The notes beneath the pieces are model-generated. The model was not told where the DNA came from. It saw nothing but the letters and a program-made list of their open reading frames with translations, and made no database searches. Source: Geosiphon pyriformis uo1 (Eukaryota > Fungi > Glomeromycota). From it: a stretch of DNA of 64,000 bases. Below are positions 25,718-38,200 of the stretch, piece after piece. The position numbers and the translations under genes are program-made. How positions within the stretch are numbered: position 1 is the stretch's first letter; every line of letters starts with the position of its first letter. The stretch covers positions 1,061,538 to 1,125,537 of the forward strand of contig JAAOMT010000128.1 of the NCBI GenBank assembly GCA_016748015.1, read 5' to 3'.

Positions 25718-26925
25718 AAAAAAGCACCAGGGAAAAGCAACAGCAAACCGTGACAAACGTCAGAAGACGGAAGGCATCCTTAACCGCACATTACTAGTCA
25801 GGACGTATTCTGACTACAGATATTGAAGCGATGGATGGACTTGGTGAGATTTGCCTTTAGTATTGTGGTGGGATGGAGCAAGAGGTATCGCATCATTATT
25901 TTTCGGCTATCTAGGTGAAAGAAAATTTTGCAGAGCCATCATCTGTCTTGACATGCTCTTAAGAGTTTGCTTATGCTCAACTCCTACTAACATCACGGAC
26001 GAAGCGATTGATCAAGCCTTGGTTGCGTGAAAGGAAGTTATTAAACATGATGCACAGCGACAACAAGGTGCATCAACATATTTTTTTCTTTTCAATCTTG
26101 TAAGGCACTGCATCACACCATAACAATTTGTGCTCAGAATTTTGTCAAGTATCTTAGAATCGCTTCTAAAGATAATGAAAATTTTCCGTTTTTGGGTTTT
26201 TTTAAATTGTTTTATACCATTATTTATGTCGTTTTTATGCCATTTTTTTTATCCTTTATTTTTGACATGTATTATAGCCTCTCCACTTTGAAATAAATGG
26301 CCCAATCCACCCAAGATTACATGTGATGTCAAGCTCACCCACTATCGCAGAACTAATGAGTGGAAGTTTGCCTGAATATACGAGACCCAAAATAGCTCTG
26401 CAAAACCCAAGCGGATGGCTCTGTTCATGCAGTCTATATTAATCCTGGCGTCCGTATATCTTTTACAAAAGGTGTATGCAATATTGGTAAAGATTCAATT
26501 GGACATATAGTTCACATTTGCAAGTACTTTGATGATCTCATCTGCGAAAAGGAAAAGTTATTAGCATCTTTCTCGAGACGTAAAAATAAAATGGCCTGGT
26601 GACTCGATAAGGCTATTTTTCGGATGCGACGAAATTTTCTACGTCTCCAAAGTGAAATTCGTCAAAAATCAATAAAAATCTTTATTCGCGAATTCAAATG
26701 CTATTATCATTTCTCCTTTTTGAAGTGTCAGACATGGTAAATCGTAAGAAAAGAGATATTACACAAAAAACTGTCCAGAAAATGCTTTGTTGGGCGTATT
26801 GTTGCTTTCAACAATGCCTGATCAGCAAAGTTCAAAGAATTAGGGGTTCGTGTTATTATTCAAAATGAAGCTTACACATCCAAGACTCGCAGTCAATTTG
26901 GCAACACCCAAAGAATTGGAGGATC
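25443..26925 (+). pseudogene. TnpB/Fanzor2-like RNA-guided endonuclease pseudogene, 3'-truncated
   Basis: LRPYWNDQATVLSRRLPLPT extension; NRTLLVRTYS..ILKRWMDLVRFAF (OrfB HTH); TPTNITDEAIDQAL; FYPLFL; ITCDVKL; RuvC-I VYINPGVR (26441, D>N); IIISPF-EVSDMV; KMLCWAY; VIIQNEAYTSKTRSQFG (26867). RuvC-III was not found. Confidence 0.88.
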
Positions 26926-28285
26926 TTCCTCTGCCTATTATTGATGTGTTAAAATCCATCTGAAGATTTTTGAATAGGTGGAACAATTTCGGTTACCACG
27001 TATACAATTTAAATAATCAATTCCTTAACTCGTTATTGTATATTAAGGCTTTTATTGCTTCAAAGTTTACAGGGATAATAAATGTTAGGGCTTTACTGCG
27101 CAATGAAGTCAACTTTTTTCAGATAAATTTACATTTAGCCAAAATAATAAAACTCTGAAATATTGAACATTTGCATTTTTGAACAATTATAATAATGTTT
27201 GATTTATTAATCAAGTTATATAGTTTAAAATTATAAGTAAGAGAAAATTATTTGCTTAATTAAATAAGTTATTCTTAATAATATATATTTTTTAATATTT
27301 GAAAATTTATTGTTTAATTTTGTATATTATGTAAATATTAAATTGATTTAATATATCAATTAAATGGTTAATATTTTAAAAAATATAATTCCAAATTTAT
27401 TTTGTATTTTCCAATTACATAAGTTTACTTATAAAAAAGTAAAAATTAAAAAGCACAATATAAAATGAAATCGAAATTATGCAATTTTTGTCAAAGATCT
27501 AGATGCCAATAGTCTGGTGATTCAAATTTACCAATGACATACCTCTGATATAACTCTGGCCTTCGGTCTTTGTTTGGAGATGGTGATTTGAGTTGCAATA
27601 TCACAAGCTAAGTTTCAATTAGTATAAATTTTAAAATGAAATAATCAGTATGTTCGGAACCAAGTAATTTTCCGATTTTTCATGGTTACAGTTCGGAAAT
27701 CTCACCAAGTTTTCACTGACATAAACACCTGAAAAAATTACCCATGTTTTCTATAGCCTACCATCTCAAAAATAAAAATAAAAATCAATTACAACGGAAA
27801 TCTAATCGATCGTACCTAAAATCTTCGAATCCAAGCTGTCACTTAATTAAAGATCTTTTTTATATTAACCCACAATTCCGAGTCGATCTTCGATAGCATG
27901 TCTCAAAAAGAAAATAGTAATATGAAGGGATGGGGATGACAGATAACATGAAAAAGCTCCTTAAACCAAGCGTCTTTTAGCAATTGTGAACTCCTCCGGT
28001 GGTACTTATGCCATTTGAAACAAATAATAAAAAAAAGCAAAATTTCGGGAAAGTACAATCCAAAAAAACATACCCTCGAGTCGTCTCGAACGATATAGTT
28101 ACCCAATCCTGCATATCATTACAAAATTCAATAAATTAAATATGAATAAATGAATGGATTGATGGAGAAAAATGTAAAGAATTAAGAATAAAGAATCAAA
28201 ATGGGCCTGCAATCAGTCGGTGTCTCATCTTTCACAGTGCAATATCATCACCAAAATGCCGTTCCAGATAGGCATTTGATTGATT

Positions 28286-31200
28286 TTAAAATGTAGAGCT
28301 GATGGCCCGGAGCAAGGCCATATCCGACATCTGTAATCCCAGCATCGAACAAAGATCGAGCGGTGCAAGCTCTTTAGCAGAGGGCTCCTTATATAGTTGT
28401 GGAGTTGTCGGAGTTTGCGTAATTACATTGACTAATCTTTTGTACATTAATGTTTTCAAGTAAAGTATTCGAAGTTGATCTTCTAAATAATCGAGACACT
28501 AACAAAGCGGGGTGAAAGGCAATAGTAAAAAAGTTTATTCTAAATTTTTTGAATGGCAAAAGCTATGTAGCAAAATACTCACAGATTCAGCCGGCATCCC
28601 CATAGTCGCGTAAAGATTGTTGCATTCGTGGAGCAGAGTATAAACGTATTCAGACATTTGGGATCGATGAAGAAACATTGATCCGTCGCGAATCTGGTTA
28701 CTCTGAGCGGTAACACTGGCTATTGAAACGCTGGGAACAACTACAGGGTGAAGCACGTCCGCCTCATAGCCAAGGACAGTACAATTTCTAGTTTGTAAAT
28801 GTTTAAATCAAAATCGATTAGAATAAGGTTAAACCAACGTGTAGATCACATCGAATCTATGAATGTATTTACAGATTGTTTAGATCTCCAATAATGCATT
28901 GTGAGCTTGAAACTAGCTCAGGCGTTGAAAATTGCTAATCAATTTTACAGGAGGAAAAATGAGTCAAGTAAGAATGCTATATACAACCGTATAATATGAT
29001 ATCCTTGATACCTGAACAGATTCTTTCAAGTCCGCTTCCAAAATATCTTGAAAATTGTATTGGGGTAGACCCATTAAAACGAAGTCTGACATGTAAGATT
29101 GACAATAACCAGCCATCAATGAACGACCATAAGACTTTACAAAAAGTTGGTCTGCGCGATAAAGTGAACCAATAGGATTCTCTATTATAGATGAATTGGT
29201 GGAAATTGATGGATCAGGTATTGTCGTGGGAATATGTGAGCTGTTAATTTGAAAACAAAAATGGTGCTTAATAAGGAAAACCATTAATTCTAGAAAGCAA
29301 ATACATACTTATGTTTAGAGTCAAACAGGCAAAGTTCTTATGTACCTTGGCATTGGGACATCCATAAATTGATCGAGGCAAATATCTACAGGAGATCCTA
29401 ATATTGCACTTGTTCTTCGAGTTTCAACTTTCTCCTCTTTACATTGCCGTTTTGGACCTTTTAGCTCATTAGACACCATATGATTGGAATTTAGGGTAAT
29501 TTCTCGGCAGGCCTCACCCAATTGTAAACCTTCAGAATTATTAGTTTGGGAAGTGCTTTGCTCTTTAGTGATGGTTGTGGATGATTTTTGAGGGGATGAT
29601 ATATTGATATTTGTAGAAGAGGGTTTTAAAATTCTTGTATTTGGCAAAGAGACTTTATTTTCACCGAAAGAGGCCTCTAAATCTTCGACATCATTTGTGA
29701 CTCCATTTTTTGTGAATTTAATGGAGGAATTTGGAATTGGGATTGGAATTGTTTTTGTAACCTCATTTTCCGGACTTTTCATTTTACCGGTTGAATTTGC
29801 ACCGATAGCTGAACTTATCTTTTCTGGTGCTAATTGCTCGTCTACTTTTCCGGTCATAGGGACCATTTGCTCCATATTTTCAAATACTTCGTTACACCTA
29901 ATAAAGTAGCTAAGAACATAGAGAATCCGACGGACTGTATTTACGTCTTTGCCGACAATGATGGTCCGGCTCATTATTGATGGGGTCCCGATATTACCGT
30001 ATAGATCCCTGAAAAGGACCAATGAGTTAAAAATTGAAGCTTGTATTTCCAAATTTTACTTTCATACCCGAGTTGAGCCCATAATGGATCATATGCCAAA
30101 TTTTTCCCATTCTGTTAAAATTTTGAATAAGATTCAACAACTTGTTCCAAAATTGCTTGTTAGCATGAAAATAAAACTGACCCGCTCTTCGAAATCAGCG
30201 ATGGGTGCAACAGTGGGAACCCATGATAAATGATGCATTAAAATTGCTGTAATCAGAGTCGAAACGAAGCTAAATAAATAGGTAGGATATGGTTAATCGT
30301 AGGGATTTGTTAAGAAATTGATTTTTACAATGAATAAAACAGTGGGAGTTTGTATCAATGACTAAAATATAGTTCAAACTAAGAAAAGATACAAGTTGCT
30401 TTTCTTATCATCATAATTGTGGAGTAAATAAGCCATTTCTATAAAGAAGTTTTTGGCCAGAACGCTCCTTTGATTGGGAAAGGTGGATATGTTCAACCAT
30501 AATGGCTCCTAAATCACGAAGAAGCGATGGATATTAGAATTTTTTATTTTGGAATTAGCTCTGGTACCAAGAATGTGCAGATAATCTTGAGTAAGGAATT
30601 CAACAGCTAGAGCCTTTTTTTGAATTCTTTGCTTTCTATTTTTTGATACCTGTATTCGCGGTGTGTTATATAGTTGACACATGAAGGTCTTGAAACGAAA
30701 TACTGCCTCTATTAAAAGAGGTTCATTCTGAAGTATCAATGAAGTTAAATACGGCAATGAAAAACGTTGGCGACCTGGTGGGCTGAATATCTATAACAGA
30801 GGAATCCAAGGGTTGAGTTTTCTTTAGTGATAAAATTAAAAAATGAGCATTCTTAACTTTCTATACCGAATTGGGTCCACTAATTGACATTTGCTGGGGT
30901 GTCTTGTTTAACATGTGACAGAGCAATTTGAAGGCCACAGCTTGTAGTTGATGAAGCCTGTTTTCCAATAAGGCGAAATGTGAGAATACAAAATCCTCAA
31001 GCAAGCCATTATTTTCCAAATTTATAACGACCCCAACGGCATACATGATGGAGCGTGACGGGTGCTTTAAAGTTAGCTGAAAAAAGGAAGGATAAATAGA
31101 TGCAGCTCATGGAAATATATTTAGGGCAATTTAAAATTTATTTCAACTTACATTGGGTTCGGGACGCGAAAAACTTCCGGGTAACGGAGTTGGGTTAAAT

Positions 31201-32885
31201 ACCCCATTCTCCATACTTGTTTGACTGAATCTACGTATTCTTCGATTGGTGAAAGTATTTCGTGGAGAAGTCGAGAGAGACGAGGTGGGGGATGTTATTG
31301 TAATACCACTCGGTCGAAGCCCAAGTATCGGAGGACCAGGATGAAATAACGATGCGGGAGCGCTACATGCAGAAATTCGAATAGATTCTTCATCACTTGA
31401 TTCCGAATATATCGAATTTGGTCGGGAGGGATATAGATTACGATTCTCATTGGAAATACCGCCCTGACTCGATGAGGCTATAGATGTGTCACTCCCCATC
31501 GAGGAGAATGAGCTTCTTCTACCCTGTAAATAATTCTCCAAATCCGTGGTGTTTACCGAAAATAGCTTCGTTAGGAGAATCTGGGAATTGGGATTTTTCA
31601 TGTAATGTATCTTGGTTGTCATCCCTTTATAAGATAATGGGACAGCACCAAACATCATTTCCCCAATCAAGTCAATATTGTGTGCGGCCTGTGGAATGGT
31701 GGTGGGAGGGGGGGAAGGTGAATATGTAGAGAAGCCGAACAAACGATGTTACGTCAGATTAAGTCTTGTCTCGATTAATATCCTTCCAGAAAAAATCTTT
31801 CCACCGAATTTAAAACTTATTTTGATGTTGTAGCATCAGGTATTAAAGTCTTGAAGTTACGGAGAATAAATCGCCATTCTGCTCATCCACCGCTAGTCAA
31901 ATCGAGGCTTGGCAGTTGCGTCATATATATATTTGATCGTCGAATGCTCTTGGGAATTTGAATGGATGAGTAGATATGTCGAATAAGCTGCCCGAATTGC
32001 AAAAATTGATTTCTGGGTGAGCTTTTGTAAAGTAAAGACTAGCGGTGGATGAGAGATCAATTCAGACTGATACTTTTTGGATGTATTTAAGAGTTGATAT
32101 TTTTTTATAGTAAGCTAGAAAGTTGATCAATAAATAATTACTGACCTTTCTTTGAGCTATCAGTCCATTGCTACGATTAAGGGAGGGTGGAAGAGTACGG
32201 ACGCTGGATTTGTTTGTAGTTTCCGAGTTGGTTCTATTTTCGCCAGGAAAATGGTCGGTTTGACGCGGATGATGAGTGTTATTTGACAGTAGATGAGAAC
32301 CATTGGGATTTTTGTTATTGGTGTCTCCAGTTTTCGCCTGATTTGTTAAAAAACTCGCACTCAAGAAATTAACACTACTCCAAGAAGAGAGGTCAGCATT
32401 TATCCGATCGCGTTCCTCTGGTGTTGTTGGAACCAGGGAATAAGCTGAGTCAAAGAGGGTAAGCTTAGCCTTGTCACCCGTATCTTGACAGAGGATAATA
32501 CGGATTTGGCCGGAATTGAAGGCTGGGGGTGACCAGCTGATAAATAAATAAACATAGGAAGGGAAAACACAAAAAAAAATGTGCATACTCAATTTATTAA
32601 GATAGTTATCTTGAATACATAGTTCGTGATTAGTTTATATCTTTTTTTTGAAATCATGCAAATATCCGGCATCTAAGCTTATTCTCTTGATATTCTTTAC
32701 TTTTATCTTTTTTAGATTTCTCCTGATCCGTTAATTAACTACTCAAGAATAATCCACTCGGAGGCAAATCAAGCCACGGGTTTTGAATTGAATACATACG
32801 AATCTGCTTCCAAAAGAGCTTGAGTATGTTTGGTATCTTCTACATCTTTTAAGGTTGTTTTTGTACGAAAAAGCTTTTGCAGCAT
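28286..32885 (-). CDS. Folliculin-interacting protein (FNIP1/2, Lst4-like), multi-exon
   Basis: QIRIILCQD, IDLIGEMMFGAVPLSYKGMTTKIH, FSHFALLENRL, LYNTPRIQ-EPLW, MHHLSWVPTVAP, RTIIVG...RRILYVLSYFIRC, SYGRSLMAGYC, CLDYLEDQLRILYLK. Confidence 0.9.
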
Positions 32886-35224
32886 GGCGAGAGTAAAAGA
32901 AAATTGGATTCGAAGTTTTGAGGTTGAAAGTTGGATTTTATCTTGGATATTAAAATATCATTGATGTTAAATAAAGAAATTCAATTGGATATTCATTTTG
33001 ATGATTTTGAAGGATTGCGCGTTTTCTGTTGGTGCATTATAAATAAACAATAATTCCCGCACTTTCACAAGTTCACAGCAGGTTCATCAGTTATTTGATC
33101 ACAATATTTGCTTTTTACCAAAAAAAAAAAAAAGGGTTTTTTAACAATGGTTTTTACTTAAAACAAATGTGATCGAAGATGACCAAATTTTATGATTAGA
33201 TTGATTGACAAAATTAATACGGGTTTATGTTTCATATTTTGTTAGCACTTCCACATCGAAAAAAAAACTGAAAGGGGTTGGCAGTAAAAAGTTTTAAAAA
33301 TAATATTTTTAGTTTCGATAAACATGTTATTTTAAATAAATATTTATTAATCAAATTAACTGTTCATTTAAATATTACAAACTTAAAAGCCACTATAAAT
33401 ATATAATGTTAATACCAATAACAAAATAATGAATTAATTTTTATTCGTAAAAGGAAATTAAATTTAATTAAAATTTGATAAAAACTCTTTTTTGTAAAGA
33501 AACTAAGTTTTTTTTAGTAGTAAAGACAGTTGAACAAAAGGTTTTAAAGCTGTTTTTCTTAAATAATACAGATTTAAAACAGCTTTTAAAGTACCTGTAA
33601 AATTTCTTCTTTTTTACAATAGAAATTGACAAGCCATTGATGAATAAAGATGCAATTTTGACTTGTTAATTAATTAAAATAGCCACTGTTTTGTTATTAT
33701 TAATCAAAACATTATTAATCTTAAAAAATTCACTTGTAATATTCAATATATATTAAGTAAAAGTCTAATTATTCCCAATTCAAATTATATTATTAACAAA
33801 AGTATCATTTGTTAAAAAAAAAATCAAATCTTTTTGGGTTTTCATGTTTTTTTATCTTGTACAAAAAAAAATTATAAAAGATCTTTTAAAACAATAATAA
33901 GAAAACTTTATCTTAGTTTAACTTATTATTACATATTTTGATTCTTAATAAACTATTTTTTAAATAATATTAACATATTAAGTTATAATTCTTGTATATA
34001 TATTGTAAAACCAATTACAACTTATAATTTTTTTTAAACCATTTTTTATAATAGACGTTATAACAAAAACAAAAAATTAAATAAAAGTAATTTTCAAAAC
34101 AAAAAAATTTTTTTTGCTGCTTTAATTAAAACAATAAATTAAATATTAATAAAAATATTATTATATTTATAAAATTTAAAAATTATTAACATCAAAATTT
34201 TTTTTTACAAAATAAAAACAAGTTTTATAATTAAACAAAAATTTAACAATTTTAATAACAATTTTAAAACAAAATTATTACAATATTTTTAAAGTTTATT
34301 TATAATACTTAACAAATTAACTGTTTTATTATTCAATAAATACTTAATAATAATTAACAATTTATTATGTTTGATTTTATTTATAATATTAACAAATATA
34401 TTATTGTTTATATAATATAATAAAAAATATTAATAAAGTTATAAAATAAATATTTTTGTTAATATTACATGTTTTTTGATCTAGTTTTTTATAATATTAT
34501 TTATTTTAAACTTGATTTTTTTTAGTTTTAAAATTATTTTATTATTAATAACCAAATAATTTAATACAATTTTATAAAATAGAAATTTTAATATATTTTT
34601 AATTATGTAATTTTTATTAGTATAAAACTTTTTATATATTTTTTAATAATTAAATTTATATTTATAATCTTGGCTGTTTTAAATTTATAATATATAAAAA
34701 CTTAATAATTTTTCTAATTTTAAACAAAATATAAACAATATTAATCAAACTTATATTATTATTTTTTAATATTTGTATTTTAAATATTTTAACAATATTA
34801 ATAAAAAACTATATATATAAACTTAAAAATAAAATTTAATATTTATGTTTTTATAATTTTAATTATCAGTAATTTTAATTTAAAAAATCTTAATAAATAT
34901 TTGTTTTTAAAATTATTATATTTTTTAAATCAAAATTTGAAAAATATTTTATATTATATCAAAATCTTTAAACTTTTTTAATATATTAAATATATTTATT
35001 ATATTTTATGTTTTAAACAAAAACACTTTTTTAAAACAGCTTTATTTAATATTTTTAATATTTTTAATTTTATATTTTCAATAAATTTTGTTAACTTATT
35101 TATATATATAATTAAAATAAGCATTTAAAAAACTACTTAAATTAATAGAAATCAAAACAGTTTTGTAATTATTATTAAAAATTTCAAAAATATTATAAAC
35201 AAAAACTTATTAATAAAGATATAA

Positions 35225-38200
35225 GGAAAAAATCTTTCTCTCATCAATTCCCTGACCACAACGAGAGTGAAAGATAATTTTCAAGAAATCACTTTTCCTT
35301 TTCCCTTTCACCTCAGTCCCTGTTAACTATTTCTTTTAACTTATTTTTATTTGTTGTGATGGAACCAGTAGGCTCGTCTGTTGGTGGTTCTGGTTTGGGT
35401 TTGGCTGGTTTGGGAACCTGCCAGAATGCTAAAAACAAGCATGTTGATATGGTCTATGACTGTGATGTGTCTTACAAAAAGTCTAAAAAGCCTGCAGCTG
35501 GCATTTCAGTTGAGTCGTCTGCTGGTCTTCTACATTTGGAAGACTTGAGTGGTGACAATGGTAAGCTAGCAACATCCTGGAGAAGCAGAGTGGGTAGCAT
35601 TTCTAGCAGTGTAAGTGATCTTTCAGATGTCGAGAATTTGGAGAACTTAGTTGCCGAGGAGACAAGCTACGTTGATTCAGGGAAGAACAACAAAATGGAC
35701 AAGACTACGCTGCATAGGACTCGTACTCAGATGTATATGTTGGAACAACCTTTTAAGACACCTCTATTTGCTACTATGAATGATGATGATGACAATTCCG
35801 TGTTGCCACCTCCTAAAATCAATGAGTTCAATTAGCTGTCCTCTTCTAAATCATGTGTTCTCGAGAGTCGTAGTTTCGGGCCAGTGAAATTGTTTGCTCT
35901 GGATATGAATTTGTTAGCTGTTCCTGACAGGACTAATAGTGATAAGCTTATTTCAATCAAAAAATTTTTTTACAAAATTGATGGTTTTGGGAAAGCTTCA
36001 ACTCCCTCAAAATTTCCTGGTGTTATTCATTCAACTTTCACAAGTAAGTCTAGTTTGATTAAGGCCAGGGAAATGGCAATCCATGAAAAAATTGTTGTCA
36101 ATAGTGATCTCAAAAAAGCAAACATTCATTTGAATCAGGAAGTGATCATCAAGAAGATCTCTGTTGATCTTCCAAAGTTGGCTGTGAAATCAGTTTTTTC
36201 TAAATTTGGCAGGGTTGTTTTCATCAGGATGCAATTAATTGGTCTTTGGCAAAAGACTTTGATTGAATTTGAGTTATCAGAAGTTGCCAGTTTGGTTGTA
36301 TCTAAATGGTCAGTTCTCATGGAAAAGGATTTGGTGCATATGGCTTTGGCAGTTAGTAATAAACAAATGTGGGTATCGAGAGATCAGCATTGGGCATTGC
36401 TTTATACTCTTTTAATCGGCACCACTGCTCATAATCTTTCTGGTTTGTTGGATTCATATGGTGAGAAGTGTTATTGGCCGTAATCCAGTTATGTATGTTC
36501 GAGATAGGTGTGCTGTTATTTGTTTTGCTAATGAAGCTTCCAAGTTGGCTGCTTTTGGTTCAGTTTTGGTTTTTAAGAGAGTGAGTTTGTGCTGAACTGG
36601 TCTTTTTCTGGCTCGCTGCACTGCATGCAATCTGTATGGTCATACTAGTGGAGTGTGTTCAGTAGGTGGGAATTCTGGTAGCCATGGAAAAAGGGTGGTG
36701 ACCGATCTGGATCGTGTTTGTTTGGCCAGCATTTATAAGAAGAAACAGGCACCTGTTACTTGTCCAGTCTCTTTCGGTGACAGAACTTGGGCATCGGTGG
36801 TTGGTGCTCTTTTGGTGCATAGTTCTTATGGTGATAGTTTGATTCTTGGTTCCAATAAAGTTGGTAAACCTCTCCCTTCTGTTGTGAATGATTTGAAAGA
36901 GCATTTGATAAATATTGAAAGCAGTTTCATCAGCCTCGCAGGACAAATTGATGAGTTGGCTAAGAGGTTGAATTCACTTATGCTGGCAGTTTCTCAGCCT
37001 AGTCCTGGATGTTAGCTGCTGGTAACCTCCCTGTCGCAGAATCAAGGGAAGGATATAGTGATGGGAGTGGGTTTGGGTGATGCCACTGGTGATGAGACTG
37101 CTGCCATTGTGCATTCAACTGCCTCACTTGAGGTTGTGAAATTGGAGAACATGTTGGAGGGTCTTGCTGCTTTAGTCATGAGCCTATCAGTGCGCTTAGA
37201 TGGTTTGGCTTTGGCAGGTGGTGCTCCTCTTCTACCTCCTTTTTAATGAGTGGTCTGGTATGGAAAATTGCTACGTGTAATGTTTGTGGATTGAACAATC
37301 CTACGAAGCAAGATGATGTAATTCATTGGCACAAGGATATAAACAATTTGGTTTCTATTTTTACAGAGTCAAAGCTTAAAGAAAAAGCTTGCCCATAGCT
37401 GACCAACAAATTTGATGATGTTTGAGTTTTTACTTTTAGTTTAAATTCTGGTTTTTTGGGTGCTGGGGTGTTAATCGTAGTGAATTCTTCTTTGGCAAAA
37501 CATGTCTACAAGGTCTCTGAGGTGCCTGGTCAGCTCCTATCCATCAAGTTGCTTTTCAAAAATAAACTTTCAGTGTTTATTTTGGGGCTCTATGCTGGTG
37601 CTTCATTGGTGGTTCAGTTTTCTCAGACTGGTGAAATCAACTCTCTCATTGCTAAAGCTGTTAATGAGTCTTCTTTTATTATTCTTGGTGGTGATTTTAA
37701 TGAGGATGGTTCTCACAAATGTGCCAGTTTTAAGAAATGGTTTGATTTGGATTTGATTAACTCTCTGAGGGGGAGCTCTTTTGTGAAATCACTTACTTGG
37801 TGCAATTCTTGTGGTATCTCTAAGACAATTGACTATGTGTTTATTTCTTCTAATTTGGTTGGTGTGATAATGGATTGTGATGTGGATGGCATTGAGGACT
37901 ATTTTGATACTGATCACAAGGCTGTTTATGTTTCTGTGGGACTGGGTGGCCTGCTCAATGTTCGGTTGAACTTACTGCACAAACAAGCAAATAGAGATTA
38001 TTGGAAGTATGATATCAATAATACCAATGAGATTGAGTATTCAGAATTCAGGAATACTATGGCTGCTAATGTTGTTATGTTCTCGGATGAGTTTGATGCA
38101 GCTAAGTGGTTTTCTAATCTGGATGTGATGTGAGACATTGTTCGTAAGATTATGGTTCTTTCAGCTGATAGAACATTCAAGAAAAAATGGTTTAAGAATT

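Larger units (their letters stand above)
25051..26992 (+). mobile_element. Decayed IS607-family element (tnpA serine recombinase + tnpB/Fanzor2); ends approximate
   Basis: Adjacent and overlapping tnpA and tnpB pseudogenes in the IS607 order, located between the G3BP-like and FNIP genes. Confidence 0.85.

Noticed and set aside
26149-26278. Possible GT-AG intron acquired by the Fanzor gene
   Set aside because: The span includes the FYPLFL motif in frame with downstream ITCDVKL, so it is better explained as a roughly 90-bp T-rich insertion in coding sequence.
28074-28230. MRHRLIA-GLGNY resembling a peptidyl-tRNA hydrolase N-terminus
   Set aside because: It needs a very poor GC donor, and the TRHN motif is absent.
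28232-28288. In-frame extension (NQSNAYLERHFGDDIAL) after the FNIP TAA, suggesting readthrough
   Set aside because: TAA-A is a poor readthrough context, and 17 open codons can occur by chance.
6399-32885. Minor (U12) introns
   Set aside because: No GTATCCTT/ATATCCTT donor at any intron boundary I inferred; not every intron was fully resolved.
33300-35214. Extremely AT-rich tract with a small inverted repeat at 33547-33587
   Set aside because: No recognisable coding remnant or termini; probably an end-stage TE fossil, and the hairpin is expected by chance at this composition.
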